From Eledone cirrhosa (lineage: Eukaryota): 64,000 nt of DNA. Position 1 is the stretch's first letter. Each line of letters begins with the position of its first letter. Shown here piece by piece: positions 21,370 to 35,059 of the stretch. Location of the stretch: positions 88,970,001 through 89,034,000 of the forward strand of contig OZ024745.1 in the NCBI GenBank assembly GCA_964016885.1, given 5' to 3'. A program made the translations under genes and the position numbers. The notes under the pieces are model-generated. The model did not search any database. It was given only the letters and a program-made list of their open reading frames with translations, and had not been told where the DNA came from.

Positions 21370-23628
21370 AGGAGGTTATAGTTAACTTGAAGCATTGTGT
21401 AATGAGGTATAAACGTTTGTATATGTATAATAAAGCCAAAACAATGCAGGTATGGACATAGCATAAAGAATGCAAATGCAAAAGATATTGTTGACAATTA
21501 GTCTTTTTCCTTAGATTTATTTAAAGGTCCTTAATTTTCGAGATAATATCTCTTCTCCGGAGGGAAGTAAAGCGGTTAAACCAGTGTTCTAAATAGCTTG
21601 CCAAGTCATGCTGACAAGTAATGGTATGGAGTATCTGTTCTATCTCTAATGTCAAAGAGTTAAGGTTAGGTGGATAAAGAGTAGTCTCCCTTTAAAAGGG
21701 TTTTTTTTTGTACATGCCTATTTAAGTGTGTGGGAGAATGCATGAAGGTGTAAGTATGTGAGTGTGTGAGTGTGAGAGTGAGAAGATATGCCTATACGTA
21801 AATGTGGGGGATAGATGTTATCTCGTGTGTTAGAACTGGTCTTTGTGTATGTATGTGTGTGTATGAGAGAGAATAAGTGGAGGTGTAAGCGTGTGTGTGT
21901 GTGCGTGCGTATGTGTGTGTGTGGGGGGGGGGGGGTAAATATGGGGATAGAAGCTCTATCAAGTTATAAATTGATTGGTGGTTGGGTTTTGTCTATAATT
22001 AGTGCTTCCTTAATTCTAAGATTGCCGAGGTCTCTTTCCTTAGATTCTATCCTAACTGTTATGGTTTTGTCGGTGTTTTTGCATTTAACTAGGTGTTTCT
22101 TAAATGAGGAAGCGTTAGTATTGAGGTGTTCTTTTATTCTTATGTGGAGTGGTCTGGTGGTGCTACCTACGTAGAAGTTGCTGCATTTGTCACACTCTAG
22201 ACTATATACGAATAAAGCCTGGTGGCATAGGTCTGTGTCGTTGATGGGGCAGTTGGCTAGCCTGCAGCAGTTGTCATGTCTGGTGGAGTGTCTTTTGGTT
22301 AGCTGTCCGCGTAGAGAAGGACCTGAGTGGGCCAGTTGGATATCTAGTACCTCTCGGCTGATAGCTCTGCGGATGGCTGTTGTTGTTTCGTCACTGAAGT
22401 GTGGGAGCTTCAGGAAGCAAGTGTTAGTGCCTCGGGTGTGGTGTCCTCTGTTCTTTCTGGCACGGTTTGTAGTGGATGTCGTGTATCCGTTCAGTTTGAG
22501 TACTTCCAGGAAATGTGTGGTGTGTGTGTCTCGGTATCTAGCGTCAGTGCATTTGTTCCGGATCGTGTAGTTTGTATGCACAAACCGTGCCAAAAAGAAC
22601 AGATGACACCACACCCGAGGCACTAACACTTACTTCCTGAAGCTCCCACACTTCAGTGACGAAACAACAACAGCCATCCGCAGAGCTATCAGACGAGAGG
22701 GACTAGATATCCAACTGGCCCACTCAGGTCCTTCTCTACGCGGACAGCTAACCAAAAGACACTCCACCAGACATGACAACTGCTGCAGGCTAGCCAACTG
22801 CCCCATCAACGACACAGACCTATGCCACCAGGCTTACGTCGTATACAGACTAGAATGTGACAAATGCAGCAACTTCTACGTAGGTAGCACCACCAGACCA
22901 CTCCACATAAGAATAAAAGAACATCTCAATACTAACGCTTCCTCATTTAAGAAACACCTAGTTAAATGCAAAAACACCGACAAAACCATAACAGTTAGGA
23001 TAGAAACTAAGGAAAGAAACCTCGGCAATCTTAGAATTAAGGAAGCACTAATTATAGACAAAACACAACCACCAATCAATAATAGACTGGAACTCAACAC
23101 CCAATTTATAACTTGATAGAGCTTCTAGCCCCATATTTACATACACCCCACACACACGCGCACACACACGCACGCACACACACACATACACACACAAAAT
23201 AGTTCTAACACGAGATAACATCTATCCCTCACATTTACGTATAGACATATCTTCTCACTCTCACACACACACACTCACATACTTACATCTTCATGCATTC
23301 TCCTACACACACTTAAACAGGCATAAACAAAAAAAAATGTTTAAAGGGAGACTACTCTTTATCCACCTAACCTTAACTCTTTGACATTAGAGATAGAACA
23401 GATACTCTATACCATTTCCTGTCAGCATGACTTGGCAAGCTATTTAGAACACTGGTTTAACCGCTTTACTTCCCTCCGAAGAAGAGATATTATCTCGAAA
23501 ATTAAAGAAATTTAAATAAATCTATGGTAAAAGACTAATTGTCAACAATATCTTTTGCATTTGCATTCTTTATTCTATGTCCATACTTGCATTGTTTTGG
23601 CTTTATTATACATATACAAACGTTTATA
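21368..23628. mobile_element. Head-to-head inverted PLE 3' fragments (GIY-YIG plus 3' UTR), arms ~21408-22578 (-) and 22580-23628 (+)
   Basis: VYSLECDKCSNFYVGSTTRPLHIRIKEH...LRIKEALII on the minus strand and the same coding sequence on plus. Degenerate HHR motifs at 21529-21563 (-) and 23471-23508 (+). Confidence 0.88.
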
Positions 23629-23686
23629 TATACGTGTAGAAATATATAAAGGAGAGCAAACCGTTAAAACATGTTTATTTAAAATA

Positions 23687-23726
23687 GCACCTACTTACGT
23701 TTCGCCCGAATGGGCTCCTCAAGGGC
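23687..23726 (-). ncRNA. Minimal HHR-like motif in a solo pLTR fragment
   Basis: GCCC-TTGAGGA-GCCC-attc-GGGC-GAAA-CGTAAG-TA-GGTGC, followed by AATAAA. Confidence 0.6.
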
Positions 23727-25099
23727 ATACAAATTAAAAAGCGTTCCTTACATGACTTCTATATATATATATTCACTCATCGACCGATAAGTGAATTAAA
23801 ACTATGACCAGGAAAGGAATTAATTTGTTACATTAAGATATGGAATAGAGTCAGCTATAGGCACAAGCAGACACAGTTCTTTATGATGCCCAATAGTTGT
23901 GATGAGGCAATATATTAGTACTTGGTTGTTCCTTCAACAAAAATATTTCTATTTGAAAAAAGAATAGTTTTGAAAGAAAATATAGAAAAACGTGTAAAAT
24001 GTGAAACATATTGCGTAAAGTTTCAATGATTTTAGCATCAGAAGAAAAGAAACATTTCCTGAATAGCATGTGTGGATGCACTCATAATACACTATTAAAC
24101 AACATAGATATCAAATAGATAAGACATCCAAAGAGTCCAATATACTATACTAGGGGGGAAGACATCTTTATCTGAATGTTTCTTGCTACTATATTTAAAA
24201 TGCTGCTATTTATGATGATGTATTTCTAGCTGTAATAGGATAATAGAAACTATATCGTTGTTTACTAAAGAAGGTATTCTGATCTATCGAGATACTTACT
24301 TTGAAACAGAGAAAGAATACCTGTCTACCTTAGTGAAAGATGTTGTCAATGTGATGTTAAAGATCTATATATGTAGGTTTTCAAATACTTAAATATTTCA
24401 GATAAGACGGAAAATAAAATGGTGAGTTATTTTTGAAACATTATATATCTGGTTTGAAGATGCGTAACACTTAAATCGAACATTAGTAGACGAGATTTGC
24501 TACTGGGCGTTTTCATCTGAAGTGTTTTATTTCCGTATCGATCAATGATATAAAATATCTGAAGAGAGTTTTACTTCAGTCGAGCGTCCATATTTACTGC
24601 AATGGCAATTCAACTATTCCATTTTTCAAAAAAACGAGAAACGACTACATGACTTGATGCAAAACAAGCATACAAAACGAAAGGAGAAACAACAGAAGCT
24701 AAAGAGTGAGAGGGAGAAATTGAAAGAGAAAGAATGTGTGAAAGAAAAGACAGAATATTGCTTTAAACAGGAGATTATTAGCTTCTTACATTGTATTGTT
24801 CTATTCGCTATATGGTAGTTATCTTTATGTAATTCACATATTTTTCTGTAAACGAATTCTATCGTATCGCCTGTAATCATATAGAACCACAGGTCAATTA
24901 ACTGATTGTTACCCCTTGGAAAAATGAATGAATGTAATATAATCTTCTTTTCATCATTGATAAAATTGTGACGTTTCATCTGGCAAGAGAATTTAACATT
25001 TACCTACGAGTCTGGCATTGGGATCTTTTCTCTCGTCTGTTTTACCTTTTTGTAATAAGTAAAAATAAAGAATATCAAAGTATTATTTACCTAAATAAT

Positions 25100-25292
25100 G
25101 AGGGTGGTGGATTGGCAGTATCGGTAGAGAGTCGGACGCCATGCTTTGACGTATAGAGTTACGGCCCTTGCCATTCTGAGTTCAAATTCCGCCGAGGTTA
25201 ACTTTGCCTTTCATCCTTACGGGGTCGATAAAATAAAGTACCAGTAATGCACTTGGATAATTGCTGGCCTTGTGCCAATAGTAGAAACAATT
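25100..25292 (+). mobile_element. tRNA-derived SINE
   Basis: TTGGCAGTATCGG...GAGTTCAAATTCC, then TTTGCCTTTCATCCTTACGGGGTCGATAAAATAAAGTACCAG; repeated at 48066, 58806 and 63860. Confidence 0.8.
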
Positions 25293-25444
25293 ATTTACCT
25301 AAATAATTGTTTCTACTGGTTCATTATTTACCTAAATAATGAACCAGTGTCAGGGTCTATAATACGGATTTTTAAATATGAAAGGATAAATAGGTTCACG
25401 AATTGCTCACCTAAAAACTTGTTCAGCTTAGCAAGATCGGAACA

Positions 25445-25560
25445 TTGGCGGCCCGTCTGAGGAAGGAGCCCCGCGAGGTGGGGTGGTTTTTGCAGCGGGT
25501 GTTGCTGACCATTGTCCGCCGGAATGCTTTTGTGGTGTTGTCCGCGGGACGCACCCCCTA
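25445..25560 (+). mobile_element. Short 3' fragment of a CRE-like non-LTR element
   Basis: EPREVGWFLQRVLLTIVRRNAF matches EPRELEWLFQRVSLAVLRGNAF at 35162-35362. Confidence 0.6.
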
Positions 25561-26470
25561 TATCCCGCGCCCTAGACCCAGAGCCTGTTCATCATCCCCT
25601 TCCCATTCTTCTGTAACACTAGAATCCTTGCCATCCCATCCCCTTTCTGTGTTTTTCTTTTTCTCTATTTCTTTTTATATTTTCCTATGTTACATTCCAT
25701 TCTTCTCAATTTAAATTTTCTTCTTTGCTTTTTTTTAATAAACTGTATTTACATGATACATTCCATAAATATAATTGTAAGGAGAACTGTCCACATTACG
25801 GCGGTAGCTTGTAACAGCCGCGTATAGGAGATTTCATTCTCTTCGCAAATATACTTATCTATGAACGACTGGACTGGGCACAGTAAAATCACGATAGAAA
25901 TGGAATGCATTTCCTCGGCTTGCCGAGTTGACACATTCATCTTAGAACCGACGAATGGTGTTAAAAGAGAAACTGTATCTGTTGGAAACCTAATATCATA
26001 TGATTATTTTAATTTTTCCGCCTCAAGCACAGTCATTCATGGAATTTGTTGTTAATCTGATAAAACAACGTCTATGCATTATACTATACTAATATTTAAG
26101 TATTGAACAGTTTGGTATATTTTACTATCCGTAAATTGCATTTCATGGTATTATGAAATCATTCATCTCTTGGGTAAGTTTATCACTAATTACGTCTCTC
26201 TCAGATCTCAAAACTGTTCATATATTATATATTTCTACTCAAACTGTTCAGTAGACACATAGTAAGGCAATCAATTTAGTTTATTTTTTCCTCTCCGTTT
26301 TCTGCTTGGTACTGAATAGAGTGTTATAGTGAAATCTAATAGCATGGTGTGGAGTGTCTGGAAAAGCATTTTCTCTAAGGCCGAAGTTTGCATTTACCTT
26401 GTTTCGAAATGTTATTAGAAGAATAGCAATGATCGCTTCATTCCTTCTTTCGATATGTATGTGTGTATAT

Positions 26471-26561
<91 letters not shown>

Positions 26562-26568
26562 CATATAT

Positions 26569-26945
26569 ATAGTGTAACAAAGTTCTTTCGTTGTACATCT
26601 GCAACATTATCAGTGGTGCTATTCTATTCCTCCTGTTGTAATTGTATATCTACGCCATCAAAAGATGGCGTAGATATACAATACAACAGGAGGAACATAA
26701 TAGCACCACTGACGATGATGCAGATGTGCAACGAAAGAAGTTTGTTAAACCTTAATAATGTGTTTATATCTATATTATATGTGTATTTTTGACCGTTGGT
26801 CACTCAATGGTAAACATTGAGGTGCGAATCAATTAACTGTTATAAAAGATACAGAAGCGAAAACCAACCAAACAGTGAGTGTGTTCTGTTATTAATTCTG
26901 GCAATATTATTACAACGATATGACCCTCCACAAGTATAACCATAT
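26569..26945. mobile_element. Inverted 3'-UTR fragments of a diverged relative of the 13701-17967 PLE
   Basis: Homologous to ~17670-17965; inversion at ~26660; flanked by (TA)n. Confidence 0.8.
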
Positions 26946-27054
26946 ATATATATATATATATAACGAAAGAAATGTGGTAACGAACCAGGTGGACCATAAC
27001 GTACCAAAGTACTCAATACTTAGGGTAGTAGAGAGGGTAATAGGAACGAGTAGG

Positions 27055-27148
27055 ACCCCGACGGCTGACCTCAAGCCGTTTCGACGGCTAATTCTGGACT
27101 AAATGAAAATTTATCCTGGTATTTGAATAGCCAAACTTCTCAAGGGGT
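27055..27148 (-). ncRNA. Type-I HHR, U3-A8 core variant
   Basis: ACCCC-TTGAGAA-GTTTGGCTATTC...GAATTAGCCGTC-GAAA-CGGCT..AGCCG-TC-GGGGT. Confidence 0.8.
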
Positions 27149-29493
27149 AATTCCATATATGGTCAAAGTGATTGTCACAGGGATTGGTAAAAAAGTTAGT
27201 AGTTGAAACATAATAATTCTATGATGGCAATTTGTGGGGGGAAGGGGTAGCTAAGCTTGCCAGTAGGAGAAAGAGGGAGAGGGGAAGAGGAGACCCATTC
27301 ATGCGTTGATAGTGCCGGCTACAGCTGGGCGTGAGGTCAAAGAAGAAACTAGGGAGGAGAGGGGGAAGTCGAAACAGTAAGTAGAACAATGAGGGGTAAA
27401 TATATAGAAAAAAAAAATAAACTGGAGAGTTAAAAAGCGATTAAATGTAAAAAAGAAAATAAACGAATTCTGGTTACTATGACCTAAGTCTCTCACTATT
27501 GCTATGCTAAAGAAATATATTAGGTGGGACGGATTTAAAAAGAGACCCTTTAAGAGGTATAAGTACATATATCAAACGGTGACGGGTCCACAAGTGAGGG
27601 GCCAAAATACTAAAGAAACTACCACGAAATAAAAAAAGGTTTCTACCCGAGGCACAAGGCCAGCAATCACCCAGTGCAAAAAAGTAAACTAGTAAGAAAT
27701 AATAAATCAGAGTCCCGAAAAAGAATACTAATACTGTCTCTAAGGGTACCGCCACGAAACAAAAGAACTAGTACAAGCTACATAAAAGCTCGTACGAAGT
27801 AAAAGTAAAATACGGAAAATTAGTCCCCCCCCCCCCCAAAAAAAATATACTGATAAACGAGAAATTAAAGCAAAGATGGTACTAAGAAATATAGAAAGCA
27901 CGGAAAAGGGGTGGGGTTACTGAGGCTACAGAGGACCGTGGGGCTGCCTCGGGTGGGCGAGAAAAAGACGACGACAAAGAAAAAGGAACTGGGGTGGAAG
28001 GACTAGGGAGGAAAGGGGGGAAGAAGGAAATATAGAGGAAGCGATAAAAAGATACAAAAGAAGATCTTACTTCTCCCGAGGCAAGCAGGGGTTACCCATT
28101 ACACAATCGGCAAGTGGGGTGTTATAAGCCCTAGTCTAACCCCCCCCCCCGGGTCATTATGGGGTTTGAGCGCGAGGTAAGTCCTACGCAATCTGTGTTT
28201 ACATGCAGTAACCAGTTCATCTTTCTTGTTTAGGAGTTGGTCCGTTGAAAACAGCATTTGTAAAGTTTCCTCCGAGCATAAACTGCACGGACGGCGTCCT
28301 TCCGTGTAGGAGTTGGCTCTGGACAGTAATCTCCAAGTGAGATCAAAGGTAATGTTGTTATCCTTGAGGTCCTATATGTGGCCCGAAAGTGTGGTGGCAT
28401 GACGCCGGGCCGGATTTCGGAAGGTATGTCTGTGTTGGTATAGCCGGGTCTTGAAGTCACAAGCGGTTAATCCTATATAAGCTTTGTTGGAGGTGTCCGT
28501 CCTCAAGTTGCACTGGTAGATCACATTACGATCTCTGCATCTGTTGTCGAGTGGGCAAATGGATCCATCAGCACAGTTGCACCTCCTGGTCAGCTCTCCA
28601 CTGCAATTTAGGTTTTTTCTTCCATCGGGGTTGAGTTTTTTGTTGTTGGAGGAGACGATGTTTTGTGCAAAGTCTGGTGTAGTCCTGTAAGAGAGTTTGA
28701 TGGTATTTTTGTTAATTATGTTGTGGTAGCGGTGTTGTAGTGGGAAGTGTTTTTCAATGCGCCTAAAGAATATTTTCCCGATAGGAGTTGTCACCTCAGC
28801 GTTGTGGGGAGGATTGAACCATGTTACATTGCGTGAGCGGCGGTGTCGCCTGCTGGTTCCGCTAATGGGAGCTGGACAGTAGGATATTTCCTCCCGGAAA
28901 CCACTCCGCTTGAGGGCCTGGTTGTAATAAGGCGCATGTTCCTCGAATATCTGCTCATTAGCAGACAAACGGGATATGCGGAGGGAGATGTTTTTGACCA
29001 GGTTGTTGGTGATGTTACTAGGATGGTTTGATCGGCGGTGGATGTAGTGCAGGTTGTCGTTTGGTTTCCTGTATGGGTAGTACAGGTCATTATCGAGGTC
29101 GAGGGTAACGTCCAGGAAGTTTACTCGGGTCAGGGACGTTTGTAGGGTTATTTTAAATCCCCAGTCGCGGAAGAAGCTGATTAATTGTTTACGGACCCGA
29201 TCTGTACTACTGGGGTTGTACCCTTTTTTTTATATATATATAATTACCCCTCATTCTTCTACTTACTGTGTCGACTTCCGCCCCCCTACCTAGTTTCTTC
29301 TTTGACCTCACGCCCAGCTGTAGCCGGCACTATCAACGCATGAATGGGTCTCCTCTTCCCCCTTTCCCTCTTTCTCCTACTGGCAGGCTTAGCTACCCCT
29401 TCCCCCACAAATTGCCATCATAGAATTATTATGTTTCAAATACTAACTTTTTGACCAATCCCTGTGACAATCACTTTGACCATATATGGAATT

Positions 29494-29587
29494 ACCCCTT
29501 GAGAAGTTCGGGTATTCAAATACCAGGATAAATTTTCATTTAGTCCAGAATTAGCCGTCGAAACGGCTTGAGCTCAGCCGTCGGGGT
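29494..29587 (+). ncRNA. Type-I HHR, U3-A8 core variant (inverted copy)
   Basis: ACCCC-TTGAGAA-G...C-GAAA-CGGCT-TGAGCTC-AGCCG-TC-GGGGT. Confidence 0.8.
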
Positions 29588-29597
29588 CCTACTCGTT

Positions 29598-29685
<88 letters not shown>

Positions 29686-31299
29686 CTTTTATTTTGTAAA
29701 AGGTGATTTCGCCAACAAAAATATAATGCTCAATACTTGGTTAAATTGTAATACGATATGGCCTGTCATTGATAAAATGACGCTATTGTATGTTAAAAGA
29801 CAGATGTTTTTCAGTCAATATAAAAAACGTAACATGAGGATCTTTACGAAAATATAGAATTACAAAGATAATATCTAATGCAAGAAGGTTAATTAGAAAG
29901 CGTTATGTCTGAAAATTTAAGAGGATATGGGGTTATAAAAACAGTCCATTATATCCGGTGGAAGTGTGGAGTTATAACATTATTATTAGGCAAGTGAATA
30001 GAAAGTGTTAGAGAGTGGTGATTTTAGTGGGAAATTGATGTGTATGAAGGATCTCGCATTCAACCCAAACGAGGGTGAATAAGAAAGAAATAATTTGCTT
30101 CAATCCCTGGTTGAACCGATAAACAGAAATAAGAAATTTTCACCCTTCATTCTACATTTAAAAATCCCAAATACTATACTCTATTAATCGTGCATAATTT
30201 TCAGGTCAATTACTTCCATCTAAGCAGCGCTATTTCTTGCATTGCACGCCAAAATAGGAAAAATATTCATGAAGTTCTTTATCCCAAGGACCCACCTGTA
30301 TCTTCCGAAATAAATCCACATGTCCACTAAGGCGACTACCTTCCACGATTAAGACCTGCTCAGCAATACCCAGAGTATATTCAACAAGATCTATATTCAA
30401 TCTGTGAACATAACTGTCGGTTTTTGTTTGCTCTTCTGAGCAATCCGCACATGGTGAAATAGTCCGCTCTACCTCTTATCTGTTATTTCCATTTCAAGGA
30501 AATCACACCAAGATTGCTTTGAGGGAAATTAAATTAACATTCCTAAAATATATTTCCCCATATTTTGTAAATATGAAATATTAGAAGCAGATAGTCGTAA
30601 AGTGAAACTAAATCCCAAACCAACCAATACACCTGAGAAAAGAATAAGCAGCCTGCAATTTCATTGTTGTTTTTATTAACATATGGCCTTGTGTCTGCGA
30701 AAGTAATCAATATTTAGTTCCATTTTTATTTCTATTGATCTACGTTATCATTTTTCCATAATACAAATGTGTTTCTATTTCTATTGATTTTGTAGGTTCT
30801 TCGTATTACCTTCCACTCGCTTTAGCCATATTCAGTGCCTGCTGGAATGCGAACTCATTCTGTTAAATCCACATGAAGCAATCTGTCAGAAGTATCATTA
30901 AAAGCACTTTTAACACATTGAAAATAAAATATCAGAGCAGTGAATACTTTAACCTCGAAGATAAAAATCAAAACATGTGACGGACTGAATAGTAATCGAA
31001 TTCTTATTGTTTTTCCTTATTCTTTTGTTTTTTTAAATATATTTTTTGTTTTTTTTCTCTTTTTCCATTTTCCATTATTTTTATCTATCTTTTATAGATT
31101 TGGCATTCACGTTGTGTAAAAAATATTCAACTGTGTATTTCACGCGTTTGATTTTCATAATTGGCTTTTCAGGACGTTCATCATATTTCGAACGCTGTGC
31201 CAAATGCATTATAGATTGAACTGAGATATGTTAGCAACCTTCTAACTTGCCAATCAACTTATGCTAATAGAGAACAAATCGAAGAAGAGAGTGTTTTTT

Positions 31300-31331
<32 letters not shown>

Positions 31332-32044
31332 CTTTCTTGAATGATACTGATATATTTAGACATTGTTTTGATGTATTGTATACAAATATTCCGACTGAAG
31401 CCTCGTGTATTATTTTTGTTTTTTTTCCATTCTAATCCAAAGAAAACCCACCTGACAATCCTGAGTTATCTCGCTATTGTCAGGCAAAACAGTGAAATAG
31501 CTCTCAATTCTCCAACATCAATAAGTTTATATGGAGCCTCGAAATAGCAGTTGAAAAATAACGGAAGTAAATTCAGCATGAAAATATTTTTAGTTACTTT
31601 CATTTATATTTCACAGGAACATATTGCTAGCCATCCGAATATTGATTTCTATCGAATAGCTACACACAAGAATATTTTTTTTCAGGCAAAGGTAGTAGAT
31701 GACTAAATCTACTCAATATGTTACTGATAGTTATTTCATCATGCTTGGATAATTGTATGACAACGTCGACTTATGTGGTATATAAAGATTTGAATACAAT
31801 GCAAATAACTAAATATTAAACAACATTTAGCTTGTCTGATGCTTTATATTGTTTCTTTCTACACTCGCAGATCTAGACAGAAAAGCTAAGGAGAGGAATA
31901 TTTCTGTGGCACTCATTTGACCTGCTGAAAATAGCAACAAAATCATAACCTACCATATCAAAAGGTGAACATACTGGAGAATATGGTCCTTTCTATCGTT
32001 TGTGGAGGTACTTTCTATCGTTTGTGGAGGGTGTTGGACATATG

Positions 32045-32330
32045 ATCACGCCGTGGGTTCGATTGCTGGGTTGGGTTGAGTGTTGTGTTCTTGAGCAAAA
32101 CACTTCATTTCCCGTTGCTCCAGTATACTCAGTTGAAAATTAATACTAGGAATAGTTGGTGGGGTTAATCTCTGTCGTCCTGTACAGGTGTGAGGGTGGT
32201 GGTATTGTACTCTTAGTCGCTTCACACTACCAATCCGTGATAAGCACTGGCCGGACGACCCTCCTGATTTAAAACAGACTTTAACCCTGCGATGGCCTGG
32301 CGGGCTTCGTGGCTTGAGACAGACTTTACA
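32045..32330 (+). mobile_element. Degenerate SINE
   Basis: GGGTTCGATT B box and GTTCTTGAGCAAAACACTTCATTTC; similar to 55975-56610. Confidence 0.6.
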
Positions 32331-34029
32331 CTTTTTACACTTTATATATAATTTGTCTAAAACTGAAAATATGGCCTTATCAGGAATATCTTTGATCATA
32401 GGTCTGCTCAGGCATGGCTAACTTAGGGAACAACAATAATGAACATGGACAAATTTGAATATATAGATATATGTTCGAGAGTACCGTAGAATATAGGAAA
32501 ATACGAATTTAAAACAAAAATTCCATTTTTGATTACAAACTGCATGTCAATGCATGTAATATGTTGTAGATAGATATGGACATCACAGTTCACCTCTTCT
32601 CTACAACAAATTCAGTAGAACCAACATATGGACTAATGTCACTGACCATGATATGTAAACAAAATACGCTCTATTTACTATCCTTGAGTATCGAGGGTGA
32701 TGGGGCAATACCACCCAAGACAAGGTCTTCTTGTCAATATTCAATAGAGACACTGTTGTTAGAATTATTAGCGTAATAAAAAATTGTTTTTAATTTTAAT
32801 TTGCTAAATCCTGAATGTATATTTTTGTTGCTTTCCCCGAGTGCTCAGACACACTTGAAATCAAGTTTGTCTGATAAATAATCGAGAAATGCTACCGAAT
32901 GGCCACCCCGAAAACCAATAAACCACATAAGTGTATCAGATTTATCTAGACCTATGTAAGTATCTATTTGAAATATAGTTAAGGGGGTAATGAAGTAAGA
33001 TTTCTTAGCTGATTGTCCAGTATTTGAAGAAACTGAACGTCTGGCATTTCCAGTGCAATAAGATGATTTATATAAAACATGCTTCAGAAATACATATATA
33101 TGATACAACTTTGTGTAAAATTTATAACTTCCTCAAATGTATTGGCCATGAAAGCGCCCGGTTGTCAGAGGTGTAACATGGCAACGAGGCCAATATTCGG
33201 AAATTGGTGAACCATGATGAGCACGTGCTACTTTAATTTAAACAGACGTATTCGGTTTTTTAGATAGAAAAAATGTAAAAAATATCATCGAATAACATAA
33301 AAATTACAAAACAGAATAAAAAAGAAAATTAACAACATAAAAGAAACAGACAGCATAAACATACAGTATTTAGCAAATAAAAAGCAAAAAAAGCAAATTT
33401 GTTATGATGTTAATAGCAATAACAACAGTTTCAATAAAGTTACTCGCCAAAAGAAGTCATTTGATATAGATTATTCCTGGAATAGAAAATAGTGTGGGAG
33501 AAGTATCCGATGAAGAACAATGCTTCCTTGACTTTGGAATAGACAGAACTGGCATAGTAGCATGGAGGAGTTTAACATCCTTGTTTATTGGGATAAAATA
33601 ATGGGCTTCCTTATGCTCACGTAAAAACAACTGCAGATGCGGCTGACTGATTTGTGTCGCAATATACTGTCGCTAAGATGCATCAGGGATTACAGAACAC
33701 CATATATAATATTCAAATGTGAGGATGATAATTAAACTCAGAGTGACCAGGTATGTAACACAGCTTCTTAAATGTCCGTACTTGGGTCGGAGTAGCAAGG
33801 ATCACAAAAAGAATGCTGGCGACAACGTTGACCCTTGGATTGTCATCAATGTTTTTTAGTACAATGCAAGCATGTGCGAAGGATACAAATAACCAGAAAT
33901 AATATGTATACGAGGTGGGGTAATCATGGATATGCAAGTCTTAATGACTGCAGAATAGCATAGGACATTCTGGAGCTGTACTACGTCGTAGATAGAAGAA
34001 GAAGAAGAAGAAGAAATTATATCAGCCAA

Positions 34030-34360
34030 ATAATCCGTATCCTGGTACTCCATCGGTTTCGACAGAGTGTCCCAGTTGATACGAACATCGGAATATTCTG
34101 CTCGTTAAATTAACGAGCAAGGGTCTGAACATTCCACAGACACTCGTACCCTTAATGTTGTTCTCAGGGAGATTCAGTATGATACAGAATGTGACATGGC
34201 TGGTCCTTATAATTACAGGTACAACTCATTTTTGCCAGCTGAGGGCACTGGAGCAGCGGGAAATAATGAGTCGTTCTGAAGGACACAGTGTACTACCGGG
34301 AATCAAACTCTCTACCTTACGACCGTGACCCGAATACCTTAACCACTAAGCCACGTACCT
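34030..34360 (-). mobile_element. tRNA-derived SINE with (TTC)n tail
   Basis: Minus strand GTGGCTTAGTGGTTAAG...GAGTTTGATTCCC; (GAA)n at ~33994-34015. Confidence 0.65.
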
Positions 34361-35059
34361 TGACCACCAATCAAACAATAGAGACGATATAATAGACCAT
34401 CTTTATCAGAATGTGTAGCATTGTCTGTATGAAAGACATCCGTTTAATTCAGTATTTATAATACAACCTGTTTCAAATAACTAATCGAAGTGAAGTATTG
34501 CGCAGCTCTATTTTCTGCCGCCTTTATACGTATTGTATTACATTTACGACGATCCCTTGTTAACAATGATAGTACAATGATAATGTACTAAGTTCATAAA
34601 CATCTCTAGTTTCAACACAATTGACGCTAACGATCGGCGAATCGGCGATAAATGTTGCTTCAACTGAATACTCTCATGCATGATGTTTTTGGTCTTAATC
34701 CCCTGATCATACTTGGTCAGGGCAGACCTCTAAATATAGGGATACACACATGTAGAATGTATTTCATTAAACTCAAGGTTACTTGGCCATAGGCTCACAT
34801 TAATACATGTATCGTGATCTATCGCACTCATCGGTGAGCTCTGCAGATATCAGGTATCCACCTAGCAAAGATCTCGCTGCAATTTCAAATCTAGAATCAT
34901 CTCATTGCATTTCAGCTACATAGAAAACAATTCTACACTGCCTGTTGGAAAGAATACTTATACTACGTAACTTGCGAAACTGCTTAAACATCCTACAACA
35001 CCATTTTAGACTGTTAAAAGATTCCGTGTATCCAAGAAATAGAAACTCAACACCGGGTA

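Larger units (their letters stand above)
26964..29600 (-). mobile_element. 5'-truncated PLE (RT C-terminus plus GIY-YIG) with an inverted pLTR copy at ~29245-29600
   Basis: NFLDVTLDL, SNHP, WFNPP, NVIYQC...AYIGLT on the minus strand, with frameshifts. 29245-29600 is the reverse complement of ~27040-27400. Confidence 0.9.

Noticed and set aside
24558-24580. CTGAAGA followed by a small hairpin
   Set aside because: No GAAA or cleavage-site arm.
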